From Candidatus Micrarchaeota archaeon (GTDB lineage Archaea > Iainarchaeota > Iainarchaeia > Iainarchaeales > JAGVWC01), in NCBI GenBank assembly GCA_043803815.1, contig JAZDJR010000029.1, positions 1 through 64,000 on the forward strand: 64,000 bases of DNA, written 5' to 3'. The notes below the pieces were generated by a model. That model saw nothing but the letters and a program-made list of their open reading frames with translations. It made no database searches and was not told the DNA's origin. Position numbers and translations under genes: made by a program. Below, in pieces: positions 10,013-19,883 of this stretch (position 1 is the first letter of the stretch; each line of letters opens with the position of its first letter).

Positions 10013-10717
10013 TTACGGTGCATAAATATTATCGTAAAAACTTAAATCAATATCCGCGTTTTCGTCCAGCGGTTCGGGTGTGAAAATGTTCTGGCAGTCG
10101 ACTTTGTTGTCCGCATTCGTAATCTGGTCGCACAAGGCGGGATTATCCGTCATTTCGGCAACGATTGCAATGCAGTTGTCCGCGCCATCCGTCGAAGGCA
10201 TTTGGCGGCAAATCTGGTAATCGCTTTTTCCAATCGCGACCGCACGAATGCACTCGTTTTGCATTTGCGAATCCGAAATCTTTTGGCACGGATTCAACTC
10301 CAAAAACTTTTTTCCGATATCATAATAGCATTGGTTTTTCGGCGCTTGGCCAAGGCTCGCGCATTTTTGGGTATCGTGGCTTTGCACGAACAAATTGCTT
10401 TGGCACCATTGCTTGAGGTCGCCGACGGAATTGCAAACCGAAATATCATTGGTTTTTTTGGCGACTTCAAACAGGCAATCCGTTTTGTCGCTTCCGCTTG
10501 CTTTCGCGCAATCGTCTAGCGTCTGGAACTGGTCCAAATACGGGTCCTGCGCAAAAATCTGGCCAAACACATACTCGGTATTCTCGTCAATCGGATTATT
10601 GTCCTTATTGGCATCTAAGGCAACAGCCGGAGCGGGCGGTTTAAACGGATTATACAGCCAAACAAAGCCGATAGCCAAAACCAGTATAACAACCGCGGCA
10701 ATCATCCATTTTTTCAT
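10013..10717 (-). CDS. Membrane-anchored protein with Cys-rich helical repeats
   Basis: N-terminal TM helix, repeating C-x(8-10)-C units. Confidence 0.75.
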   Translation of the reverse strand: MKKWMIAAVVILVLAIGFVWLYNPFKPPAPAVALDANKDNNPIDENTEYVFGQIFAQDPYLDQFQTLDDCAKASGSDKTDCLFEVAKKTNDISVCNSVGDLKQWCQSNLFVQSHDTQKCASLGQAPKNQCYYDIGKKFLELNPCQKISDSQMQNECIRAVAIGKSDYQICRQMPSTDGADNCIAIVAEMTDNPALCDQITNADNKVDCQNIFTPEPLDENADIDLSFYDNIYAP

Positions 10718-10807
10718 TTTTTAACCCAAAAACCCTTTTTTTTGGCCTTACTCGTGTTTATTTTAACGAAAGCGATGAATAAAAGCATTTACCCCCTATT
10801 TTTTAGT

Positions 10808-11125
10808 AGCAGTAGTGGAAGGTTTGCTATCGCTTGGCCGAAAGGTTTCAAGTGAGGAAAGTCCGCCCACTTCAATTCAAAACCACTTCCGAAAGGATGT
10901 CCGCGAGAACAGAAACGGCACGGTTTCGACCGTGCGCACCGATATCGGGTACCTTCGGTACCCGTGGTGTGCATGACAAAACCGATGAAACGGCTTGCGG
11001 TTAAAATCCCGGTCACGCCGGGAGGAAGTGCAACACCCAAAGCCGGTGGCTTAGACGGATGCAAACAATCCCGTTTTTTACAAAAAACGGGACGAACAGA
11101 AGGCGGCTTACTCTCCACTGCTGCT
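10808..11125 (+). ncRNA. rnpB: RNase P RNA
   Basis: GAGGAAAGTCC and AACAGAAGGCGGCTTA conserved regions; P1 pairing AGCAGTAGTGGA/TCCACTGCTGCT. Confidence 0.93.
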
Positions 11126-11575
11126 CTTATTTTTTTGGCTATTTCTCCGCCGAGGCATTGGCGTAAAAGGGGTGAACTCGAATACAAGAACGAGCAAAAA
11201 GTACAGCACCGCCCAAATGGGATAAAAATTTTCTGGTTTGAAAATCAGGAAATATCCCATAGAAATAAACGCGCTCAGGACTAATGCAATCATGCAATTT
11301 ATTGCCTGTTTTCCGCTGGCTAGGGTCGGTTTCGAGAATAATTTAATGACGCTTGTGGCGATTCCATATGCAAAAAGGCTGACGCTTCCGATGACACCCA
11401 GGCTAAAAATCGTGATAAATCCAAGCGGCACCACCGCCATGAGTGTCCCCTCCAGCCGGTTTCTTTCCATTCCCGCGCTTGCTAAAAAAACAAAAAAGGA
11501 AAAAAATTCAAATACCAGTATCCACTCGCCGTTTTCCAAGGCCCACTTGTCCTGAACCGCGAACAAATAAAGCAT
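11108..11575 (-). CDS. Multi-pass membrane protein
   Basis: Hydrophobic ORF downstream of alaS; start trimmed to avoid alaS overlap, uncertain. Confidence 0.55.
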   Translation of the reverse strand: MLYLFAVQDKWALENGEWILVFEFFSFFVFLASAGMERNRLEGTLMAVVPLGFITIFSLGVIGSVSLFAYGIATSVIKLFSKPTLASGKQAINCMIALVLSAFISMGYFLIFKPENFYPIWAVLYFLLVLVFEFTPFTPMPRRRNSQKNKSSSGE

Positions 11576-11646
11576 GAAGACATTGAAGAAAAAAAACGAG
11601 ATTTTCGGGAAAAAAGGAATGACGGTTTCTATTTTGTCCCGGTTCT

Positions 11647-13473
11647 TCACGTTTTCGCTTCCAGAATCGCCTTGATTCTTCGGATTCCCGCGGCCGAGTT
11701 TTCTTCTTTTAAGATTTTGAAATGCCCGAGTTCTTTGGTATTGGAAACGTGGGGGCCTCCGCAGATTTCCCGCGAAAACACTTCCTTGGTTTTCGGATTC
11801 CATACGCTGTACACCTTTACGGTATCGCCGTATTTTTCTCCGAACTCCGCCATGGCGCCAAGTTCTTTTGCTTTTTCAATCGGCAAAATTTCCATTTTGA
11901 CTTCAAGGCCGTCCGCGATTTTTTTGTTCACCAAATCTTCAACCGCTTTGACCTGCTCGAGGGTCATTTTGGACGGATTGGGAAAATCAAATCGCAATCT
12001 TTCTTTGGTAATATTGCTTCCCCTTTGGTGTACGTGTTCTCCCAAAACTTTTCGCAAAGCCGCGTTCAAGAGATGCGTTGCGGTGTGCAGGCGGGTAACT
12101 TCGATGGAATGGTCCGCAAGTCCGCCGGAAAACCGCTGTTCCGCGCCTTTTTGCGAAAGCTTCTGATGTTTCTGTAACCGTTTTTCAAAGTCCTGCGAAT
12201 CCACTGATAGTCCCTGTTCTTCCGCGATTTCGACGGTCATTTCAAGCGGAAAGCCAAAGGACTGGTACAGGTCAAAAACGATTTTCGAATCCAATCGCTT
12301 CAAATTATTTTTTTTGTGCAGTTCAATCTGCTGGTTCAGCAAAGCAGTCCCTTTTTCGAGCGTTTGCCGAAAGCGCGTTTCCTCTTTTTCGAGTTCTTCC
12401 AAAACGCGGCCTGAATTCTTTTTAAGTTCGGGATAAATTTTTGCAAAGCGTTTAAGAACGGTTTTGGCTATTGGACAGCAAAAATTGTTTTCGATTCCAA
12501 GCATCTTTCCGTGGCGAACCGCGCGGCGGATTAACCTTCGGAGAACGTATCCCTGGTCGGTGTTCGAGGGCAAAACCGCGTGCTCGTCCCCCAAAATGAA
12601 CACCACGGAGCGGATGTGGTCTGTTACGATTCTTTGCGAGCGCAAGGCGGCGGAACCTTTGGTTTTGGAAATTTTTTGCACCATTTCAAAAGTCGGTTTC
12701 AAAAGGTCGGTTTCGTACACGGAATCCTTTTTCTCCAGAATCGCAACCGTGCGTTCCAGTCCCATTCCCGTGTCCACGTTTTTTTGCTTCAACAATTCAT
12801 ACTGTCCACCCGCGTTTTTGTTGTACTGCATGAACACGTCGTTCCAGATTTCAACCATTCTTTCCTTGGCGCAAGCGTCCAAAAATTTTTCAGTTGGGGA
12901 CTTTCCTTTCAATTCTCCAACGTTTTTTCCAGAATCGTAGAACATTTCCGAATCCGGTCCGCAGGGACCGGTGTGGCCCGCGGGTCCCCACCAGTTGTCG
13001 GCCTTGGGCAAAAAATGAATCCGTTCTTTTGGGATTCCGACCGTTTCCCAAACCTTGGCGCTTTCCAAATCGCGCGGCGCGTCCGAATCCCCCGTAAAAC
13101 AGGTCACGTGAATCCGGTTCTTGTCAAGGCCAAGCCATTTTTTGCCAGTCAAAAATTCAAAGCTCATTTCCACGGCTTCTTTTTTGAAATAATCCCCCAA
13201 ACTCCAGTTCCCCAGCATTTCAAAAAAAGTCAGGTGCCATTGGTCGCCGACCGACTCGATATCTCCCGTGCGGATGCATTTTTGGAAATTCGCCAGGCAC
13301 TTTCCGGCCGGATGCGTTTCCCCCATCAGAAAAGGAATTAACGGATGCATGCCCGCGGTCGTGAACAAAACCGTAGGGTCGTTTTCCGGAATCAAAGACG
13401 CGCTTGGAATAATCGCGTGTTTTTTTTCGCGGAAAAAATCCAGGTATTTTTGCCGCAAATCGTTTGATTGCAT
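11647..13473 (-). CDS. alaS: Alanyl-tRNA synthetase lacking C-Ala domain
   Basis: LFTTAGM, TFFEMLGNWS, DTGMGLER, editing HTATH and CGGPH. Confidence 0.97.
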   Translation of the reverse strand: MQSNDLRQKYLDFFREKKHAIIPSASLIPENDPTVLFTTAGMHPLIPFLMGETHPAGKCLANFQKCIRTGDIESVGDQWHLTFFEMLGNWSLGDYFKKEAVEMSFEFLTGKKWLGLDKNRIHVTCFTGDSDAPRDLESAKVWETVGIPKERIHFLPKADNWWGPAGHTGPCGPDSEMFYDSGKNVGELKGKSPTEKFLDACAKERMVEIWNDVFMQYNKNAGGQYELLKQKNVDTGMGLERTVAILEKKDSVYETDLLKPTFEMVQKISKTKGSAALRSQRIVTDHIRSVVFILGDEHAVLPSNTDQGYVLRRLIRRAVRHGKMLGIENNFCCPIAKTVLKRFAKIYPELKKNSGRVLEELEKEETRFRQTLEKGTALLNQQIELHKKNNLKRLDSKIVFDLYQSFGFPLEMTVEIAEEQGLSVDSQDFEKRLQKHQKLSQKGAEQRFSGGLADHSIEVTRLHTATHLLNAALRKVLGEHVHQRGSNITKERLRFDFPNPSKMTLEQVKAVEDLVNKKIADGLEVKMEILPIEKAKELGAMAEFGEKYGDTVKVYSVWNPKTKEVFSREICGGPHVSNTKELGHFKILKEENSAAGIRRIKAILEAKT

Positions 13474-13511
13474 AGGAAAAAAACCTTGAAAATGCCTTAA
13501 AAACAGGGGGG

Positions 13512-15197
13512 TTAGTTTTTCTGGATCTCGATTTTTTGGACACCGTCAATCTGATTTAAACGGTCCACCAGCTTTTGGATTTTTTGGTTAGAATACGCGG
13601 GAATGTTGAACTGCAAAAGGCCCGTCCGGTGATTGGAAGGATTGCTTAAAAACGCCGCAAGATTGATTTTTTCTTTGGAAAACGCGCTTGTAGTCTGAAG
13701 CAGGCTTCCGATGCGGTCCGAAATCCATACTTTGACATCCACGCTGCGCTGCTTTTGAAACCGTTTTTTGCTCAAGACCGCCTCGATGTGCTTTTTGGTT
13801 GCGATTGTTTTGGCGAGGGAAAGCCATTGATGGTTGGCCTGCACGATTTTGGAGGGAACAATTTCGACGATATCGCCCGACGACAAGAGGTGGTGCAATG
13901 GAACAAAATGGCCGTTGACTTTGGCGCGCCAGGTGTGCCTTCCCAAAATGGGGTTGATTTTAAACGCAAAATCAATCGGCGTCGAGCCATACTGCAATTC
14001 GATGATGTCTCCTTTCGGAGTGAACACAAACACATTGATGGGCAAAACATCCAATGTCAAAAGCTCCATAAATTCGTCTGTTTCGGAAACAAACTCGGGC
14101 AATTTGAACAGCTTGTTCAGTTTTTTGAGCTGCTTGTTAAAACCGCCGTATGATTTTTTTTCCGAGTCTGTTATCGCGACAAATCCTTTTCTGTTGACTT
14201 CGCACATTTTGCGGGTGGCAATATACACTTTAATTGGCCTGCCGTTTTCGCCAAGAACCGTGGTGTGCAATGCGCGATACAGGTTCATGTTAGGCATGGC
14301 AATGTAATCCTTGAACTTGTTGGGAACCGGCGGATACGCCAGATGAATGTCCCCCAGCATGTCGTAGCATTCGCGGTTGGTATTCACTTCAACGTTTAAA
14401 ACTGCGCAATCGTACAACTCCGAAATTGGCTTTCCCGTTCGCTTAAGCTTTGAATAAACCGAAAAAATGCTTTTTTTGTAAACAAAAAAATCGGCCTTGA
14501 TTTTGGATTTGGAACGCAGGCGACGGATAACCTGTTCAATCGAACGAATCACGGGTTTTCGATGCTCTTCGATTTTTTGCCTGAGTTTGGAAAACTTTTT
14601 GGGGTCCACAAACCGAAACGCCAAATCCTCCAGTTCGTGCATGACATCGTGCATGCCGAGCTTGTGCGCCAAAGGAACATATACCTGCAATGTTTCCGCG
14701 GCGATTCGAATCCGCTTTTCTTTTGGAAGATGCTGCAAGGTGCGCAAATTATGCAGTTTGTCCGCAAGCTTAATCACCATGACGCGCAAATCGTAGGAAG
14801 CCGCAAGCATCATTCGCTGAATGTTTTTGGCATGCTTAAAACTCTCGTGGCCTTTTCGGCTGACAATATCCAATTTTGTTACCCCCAAAACCAAATCGGT
14901 TATGGTCGGCCCGAATTCTTTTTTCAAATCGCTTTCCGTCACGTTCGTATCTTCAATCACGTCATGCAATAAAGCCGCGGCCACGCAATCCGGGTCTGCG
15001 CCCATTTCCGCCAAAATAAAAGCCACATTCGCGGGATGAATCCAATACGGCTCATCGGATGCGCGTTTTTGATTTCCATGAGCCTTGATTCCAAAAGCAA
15101 GCGCTTTGGACACCTTTTCAATGCGGGCTTTCGGGTGCTTTTTTTTAAGCAATAAAACAAGCTTTTTTTTGAAAAACGACGGCGATGCCTTGGACAT
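13512..15197 (-). CDS. Long RelA/SpoT homologue (HD, degenerate synthetase, TGS, ACT)
   Basis: HGNQKRASDEPYWIHP, LLHDVIED, KLADKLHN; VFVFTPKG..TPIDFA TGS; C-terminal ACT-like. Confidence 0.9.
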   Translation of the reverse strand: MSKASPSFFKKKLVLLLKKKHPKARIEKVSKALAFGIKAHGNQKRASDEPYWIHPANVAFILAEMGADPDCVAAALLHDVIEDTNVTESDLKKEFGPTITDLVLGVTKLDIVSRKGHESFKHAKNIQRMMLAASYDLRVMVIKLADKLHNLRTLQHLPKEKRIRIAAETLQVYVPLAHKLGMHDVMHELEDLAFRFVDPKKFSKLRQKIEEHRKPVIRSIEQVIRRLRSKSKIKADFFVYKKSIFSVYSKLKRTGKPISELYDCAVLNVEVNTNRECYDMLGDIHLAYPPVPNKFKDYIAMPNMNLYRALHTTVLGENGRPIKVYIATRKMCEVNRKGFVAITDSEKKSYGGFNKQLKKLNKLFKLPEFVSETDEFMELLTLDVLPINVFVFTPKGDIIELQYGSTPIDFAFKINPILGRHTWRAKVNGHFVPLHHLLSSGDIVEIVPSKIVQANHQWLSLAKTIATKKHIEAVLSKKRFQKQRSVDVKVWISDRIGSLLQTTSAFSKEKINLAAFLSNPSNHRTGLLQFNIPAYSNQKIQKLVDRLNQIDGVQKIEIQKN

Positions 15198-15325
15198 TAT
15201 TATTTCATTGTCGGAATCTGTATTTATTCATTTGCCAAAAAACGCGGTTTAATCGTGCGAATCGGGTTTTACATTTCTTCCAAAACCAAAAAATCCGGTT
15301 GCCAAACGGTCTAAACCGCGCTAAA

Positions 15326-15388
15326 ATTATACCCGATTCAGCCCGCGAAGCTCCGTGGTGAGGGAACCGGCGGGAGTAGCGGACGGTT
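15326..15388. repeat. Dispersed intergenic repeat, copy 2
   Basis: ATTATACCCGATTCAGCCCG...GGCGGGAGTAGCGGACGGTT. Confidence 0.6.
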
Positions 15389-15398
15389 CCTATTTTTT

Positions 15399-16052
15399 TT
15401 ATTCCGATAATTTTGCGTTTTGGTCTCCGACAACGACTTGGTTAATTTTGTTCCAATAAAGCAAGGGCAAAATATATTCCGCTTCGGGGGGTGCCGCGCT
15501 TCCCAAAAACTTTTTGATTTCCTCGTCAAAAACCGCTTTTGAACGCTGGTTCGCTTCCAAAGCAGTATTCCCGCTTAACAAGGAATGAATCACCTGGTTG
15601 GATGCCTTAAAAAACGGCCTTGCAAACTTGTCATTTAACGGAATCGCACTATTGGCGTGGTCAATCCAAAACGCAAAATCGTCCTCATAACCGATAAAAG
15701 CGCGACATCCGTTTTGAACGGCGCTCGGCCCAAGACCGTCCGCGGACCGGCACGAACGCGAAAAAACAATTTTGTTTTTTAATAATCCGTCGTTTCGGTC
15801 TTTTTCAACCAACACTTCATTATTATGCCCAAAAACCGCGTTTTCGCTTCCGTGACCATTGAACAGCACCAGTTCGGGCAAATGGTTTTTCAGCATAGCT
15901 TCAACGGTTTTAGCGCTGGCTTTTTCGCGATGGCAATCTAATACTTGAAACCCTTTTTGTACGGCTTTGTCCAGCAGTTCTTTGGACCAAACCGACAAAT
16001 AAAAAACCGTATCCTCGTGTTCGGGACGCGAAACCAAAAAATGCATAATCAC
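15399..16052 (-). CDS. Caspase/gingipain-fold (clan CD) peptidase-like protein
   Basis: LFNGHG and SRSC His-Gly/Ser-Cys dyad pattern, AFIGY strand. Confidence 0.65.
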   Translation of the reverse strand: MIMHFLVSRPEHEDTVFYLSVWSKELLDKAVQKGFQVLDCHREKASAKTVEAMLKNHLPELVLFNGHGSENAVFGHNNEVLVEKDRNDGLLKNKIVFSRSCRSADGLGPSAVQNGCRAFIGYEDDFAFWIDHANSAIPLNDKFARPFFKASNQVIHSLLSGNTALEANQRSKAVFDEEIKKFLGSAAPPEAEYILPLLYWNKINQVVVGDQNAKLSE

Positions 16053-16249
16053 GAATACTCTTTTGCCAAATTCCGAAGGTACGCCATTTGAATCTCGACA
16101 AACTTTTCGCCTAACGCGCTTCCTTTTTTTATTCCATCCAGTAACTCTTCCTTTGAAACCGCGCCGCGGCTTCCCAGCGACAATTTCATGTTGGAAGGCA
16201 TGGTTTGCAATCGCGCCAGCACCAGTTTTTTTTCCTCTTCACTGCTCAT
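16049..16249 (-). CDS. Small hypothetical protein (66 aa)
   Basis: GTGA overlap with peptidase start. Confidence 0.75.
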   Translation of the reverse strand: MSSEEEKKLVLARLQTMPSNMKLSLGSRGAVSKEELLDGIKKGSALGEKFVEIQMAYLRNLAKEYS

Positions 16250-16258
16250 AACTTTTAC

Positions 16259-16444
16259 CTACAGAATTTTGAGTTCTTCCAATTTTTTCAAAATTTCGCC
16301 GCCTTTTTTTGTCCCAGCATTGATTTCCAAAAACGCGACATTCCACGAAACCGGCTCGTTTCCCAAAACCAAAATAACCTCTTTTCGAATATTAAGCGGC
16401 AAATTCGCATACAACCCCAAAAAACGCGCCTTCAAATCAACCAT
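16259..16444 (-). CDS. Small hypothetical protein (61 aa)
   Basis: First gene of a tightly packed three-gene operon. Confidence 0.75.
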   Translation of the reverse strand: MVDLKARFLGLYANLPLNIRKEVILVLGNEPVSWNVAFLEINAGTKKGGEILKKLEELKIL

Positions 16445-16536
16445 ACCAATCTTAATGCAAAATCCAATATTTTAAACTATTCAAACCCGAAAAACCTTAA
16501 AAACCGGTTCAGGCCCGATTGCCGGTGAAAAAACCA

Positions 16537-16581
16537 ATTATACGAAAAACAGCCCGTGTTGCGGCGGAAGTACGGACGGTT
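16537..16581. repeat. Dispersed intergenic repeat, copy 3
   Basis: ATTATACGAAAAACAGCCCG...GGCGGAAGTACGGACGGTT. Confidence 0.6.
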
Positions 16582-16620
16582 GATTAACCGAAAAAAATCG
16601 GAAACCAAACTGCTGTTGAA

Positions 16621-17808
16621 TCAGTTTTCTTTTTCGCCGAGCAATAGTTTTCTTCCCCATTCGGGTAATGATTGGTTTGAGTCGTGTTCATTCAGGAGTC
16701 TCTGACCGAGTGGTGTTAGTTTGGCTACTGTGGTGTCGCGTGCGCCGCCGTGGCGTTTTGTCATTCCGCTGATTCTTTCTGTATGGATTTGCAGCAGGCC
16801 CTTTTCTTGCAGTTCCTTAAATGCGGGGTCAAGTGTTTTATGGTCATAGTGGGATTCGGGGTTTCCTGAATGATAACTTTTTCCACCCTTTTTAACAGTG
16901 AATTGTTTGTATAGTTGAGCGGCATGTTTTTCGCCGGTTCTTAAATTTGTCAGAATATACCATGCCGCGTTTGGGTAGTCCATGCGGGGATTTTTGTGTG
17001 CGGCGTGAGTCCAAACGCTGATAGCTCCGCCTTTTGGCCCGATAGATAGAGGCATTTTTTTTACTAAACCTGCAGTTTCCAATAATTGCAATGTCACATT
17101 AATGACGTTTTTGTGTTTTACATCTTCCCAGTTTAACCCAAGTTTTTTTACTAACTGCAAGCTGGTCATGGAAAATGGCACAAAGTGGTCTGTTTCCGGT
17201 TCCCAAACGGCGGATTCGAATAGCGTTCTTTCTAATTCGGGTAACAATAACTGCTTGTTGGGTAAGCGGAATTTGATTGCTTTGTAGACATCGGTTGGGT
17301 GACCAATAAGGGACATGATTCTTTTGGAATAATGATTTTGGAGCAGTATCCTGCTGTATTGCCGCAGTTTTTCAGAACTCAATCCAGCTTCGAGAAGAAT
17401 GGGGGCGAGTACATGGAATACGTGGGGGTCCCGTCCGCCTAATGCCTTTCTCAGGGTAATGCTAGTTTGTAGAACCTCTGCCTTAGCTTCCAAGCGTTGC
17501 AATTTTTTAGGCGAAGCGCGGGCACCTGAACTCATTTCAGCCAAGACTTTTTCTAATGCCCGTTCTTCCAATGGCGTTTCCGGAACGCTGCCGACTTGGT
17601 GCAATCTAATTCGGGGTCCAAAACGAGTTCGTCTCGTAACAATTTTTGCCAAGCGCTCTTCAGGACCCGCTAACCGGACAAAATCAGGTCTTACTGAACC
17701 CTTGCCTTTCCGCCAGTCTCTTACTTGCCAGTGTTCAGCCTGTGATAAGGGGCGGGTTGGAACCCATTTTCGTTTGACTTTGCCCACAATCGGTCTTGTC
17801 GAAACCAT
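16621..17808 (-). CDS. Basic hypothetical protein, possible winged-helix domains
   Basis: 395-aa ORF; LQLLETAGLV and ELQEKGLL..LTPLG wHTH-like segments. Confidence 0.65.
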   Translation of the reverse strand: MVSTRPIVGKVKRKWVPTRPLSQAEHWQVRDWRKGKGSVRPDFVRLAGPEERLAKIVTRRTRFGPRIRLHQVGSVPETPLEERALEKVLAEMSSGARASPKKLQRLEAKAEVLQTSITLRKALGGRDPHVFHVLAPILLEAGLSSEKLRQYSRILLQNHYSKRIMSLIGHPTDVYKAIKFRLPNKQLLLPELERTLFESAVWEPETDHFVPFSMTSLQLVKKLGLNWEDVKHKNVINVTLQLLETAGLVKKMPLSIGPKGGAISVWTHAAHKNPRMDYPNAAWYILTNLRTGEKHAAQLYKQFTVKKGGKSYHSGNPESHYDHKTLDPAFKELQEKGLLQIHTERISGMTKRHGGARDTTVAKLTPLGQRLLNEHDSNQSLPEWGRKLLLGEKEN

Positions 17809-17965
17809 ACAAATAGAAGTAGCGCCTTTCCGGTTATTTTACCCTTTGCTTTTCCAAATTCCACCAAAAAAATAGAGTAATCCATGAGCCAAACTATCCG
17901 TCTCGTCGGCCTGCGGCGGCTGCTTTTGGTATAACTTGTCAGCAATTGGGCTTCAAAAATTCGGC

Positions 17966-19693
17966 TTACATTTCTTCCAAAACGGCAATATCCAATAGTT
18001 CCAGTCCGTTGCAAAGCGCGATTCCGACGCTTTCCACCAAAGCCAGACGGCTCGCCGATAAGGCGGGATTTTTCTCGTCCAACACGGCCAATTCGTGATA
18101 AAACGAATTAAACGCTCCGGACAACTCAAGCAAAAACTGGCACAAAGAATGCGGGGACAGGCTTTTTCCGACCTGCTGAACGACCAAAGGAAAACGGCCC
18201 ACCAAGGAAACCAATCTCTTTTCCGTTTCGGTTGAAAGCAATCCAAAATCGGGCTTGGCTTTTAATTTTCCCGCTTTTCTCAAAATGCTTTTGGAACGCG
18301 CGTACGCGTACAAAATGTACGGCCCGGTTTCGCCTTCAAAAGAAATGCTTTCTTCAGGATTAAACGTGAACTCTTTTTTGGCGTCCACTTTCAGCATAAA
18401 AAACTTGATGGCCGCCAAGGCAATCGAATTTGCGCGCTTTTCCACTTCCGCTTCGGATAATTTGTCGTACCGCTTTTCGATTTCTTTTTTTGCCACGGCT
18501 TTTACTTCGCTTAGCAAATCGTCCGCATCCACAACGGTTCCTTCGCGGCTCTTCATGCGGCCCGAAGGCAACTGCACCAATCCATAGCTCACGTGGCGGC
18601 ATTTTCCGGACCAAGGTGCTTGCAGCAATTCGAAAATCTTGAACAATTGCCGGAAATAAAGGTCTTGTTCGGACGCGACCACCCACAACGCTTCGTCGAA
18701 ATGAAAATCCCTGTACTTTTGCTTGGTCAAGGCCAAATCCTGCGTCACATAAATGCTCGTTCCGTCCTGGCGGATTACGGTTTTGTTCGGCAAGCCGTAT
18801 TCTTCAAGCAGGGCAAATACCGAACCGTCGTCGCGTTTTTCAAAAACCCCTTTTTTCAGGCCCAGTTCGACCAAAGCATCGGCCTTGTCGTAAATTTCGG
18901 ATTCCAGATACCACTTTTCAAATTCGATTCCGTACGCTTCGTACGTTTGCTTCATTCCTTCAATCGCCCAGGCGTTCATTTTTTTCCAGAGTTCGCGGAC
19001 TTTTTTGTCGCCTTTTTCCCACTGCAAAAGCATTTCCTGCACTTCTTTTTCCAATTCCGGATTCGTCTTGGCCTCGTTCGCAAACTGAACATATAAATCC
19101 CCCAAAAAATGGTCGGATTTTTGGCCAAGCGCTTTTGGGGTTTTGTTTTCTCCCCATTTTTGGTAAGCCAGCATGGTTTTGCAGATATGCACGCCGCGGT
19201 CGTTCAACAAATTCGCGGGAATTACTTTGGAGCCGTTGGCCCGTAAAACCGCGGTCAAGCTCATGCCCAGACTGTTGTTGCGCACATGGCCGATGTGCAA
19301 GGGCTTGTTCGTGTTCGGAGCCGAAAACTCGATTAGGATTTTTTTGTTTTTCTGCGAATCGTTTTTCCCGAACGATTTTTTTTGCTTTAACACTTCGGCC
19401 AGCACGGATTCCGCCAGGTTTTTTTTTGCGATAAAAAAATTCAAATATCCGCCGGCGGCCTCGATTTTTTCAAACTCCAACAACTTTTTTTTATTCAAGG
19501 CTGTTACCAAGTCGCCTGCAATTTGGTTCGGGTTCTTTTTCAAGGTTTTGGCGAGGCGAAAACACGGCAAGGACCAGTCCCCCATTTCGGGTTTTGGGGG
19601 CCGCTCCAAAAACAAAGACAATTCGTTCAAGGATACTCCCTGCGTTTTGAGTTCAGAAAAAAGAATTTCCGCGGCTTTTTGCTTGAAATCCAT
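17966..19693 (-). CDS. argS: Arginyl-tRNA synthetase
   Basis: PNTNKPLHIGH, MKSREG, FEGETGPYILYAYAR, C-terminal LEEM. Confidence 0.97.
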   Translation of the reverse strand: MDFKQKAAEILFSELKTQGVSLNELSLFLERPPKPEMGDWSLPCFRLAKTLKKNPNQIAGDLVTALNKKKLLEFEKIEAAGGYLNFFIAKKNLAESVLAEVLKQKKSFGKNDSQKNKKILIEFSAPNTNKPLHIGHVRNNSLGMSLTAVLRANGSKVIPANLLNDRGVHICKTMLAYQKWGENKTPKALGQKSDHFLGDLYVQFANEAKTNPELEKEVQEMLLQWEKGDKKVRELWKKMNAWAIEGMKQTYEAYGIEFEKWYLESEIYDKADALVELGLKKGVFEKRDDGSVFALLEEYGLPNKTVIRQDGTSIYVTQDLALTKQKYRDFHFDEALWVVASEQDLYFRQLFKIFELLQAPWSGKCRHVSYGLVQLPSGRMKSREGTVVDADDLLSEVKAVAKKEIEKRYDKLSEAEVEKRANSIALAAIKFFMLKVDAKKEFTFNPEESISFEGETGPYILYAYARSKSILRKAGKLKAKPDFGLLSTETEKRLVSLVGRFPLVVQQVGKSLSPHSLCQFLLELSGAFNSFYHELAVLDEKNPALSASRLALVESVGIALCNGLELLDIAVLEEM

Positions 19694-19754
19694 GCTTTAT
19701 TTACGATATAACTGCTTAAAAAATCTGTTTTGTTCCAATTGATTATGCAACCAA

Positions 19755-19883
19755 GGACCTGTAGCCTAGCCTGGATAGGGCACCTGCCTTCTAAGGCTTT
19801 TTCTTCAAAAGAAAAACCCTGGAAAAAGAACAGGGAACGTCAAGGCGAGCAGGGGGTCGTGGGTTCAAATCCCACCAGGTCCG
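19755..19883 (+). tRNA. tRNA-Arg(TCT) with 54-nt intron (19794-19847)
   Basis: GGACCTG/CAGGTCC acceptor, CCTGC/GCAGG anticodon stem, GTGGGTTCAAATCCCAC T arm. Confidence 0.92.

Noticed and set aside
10789-11284. ORFs 10789-11187 and 10964-11284
   Set aside because: They overlap the RNase P RNA and are probably spurious.
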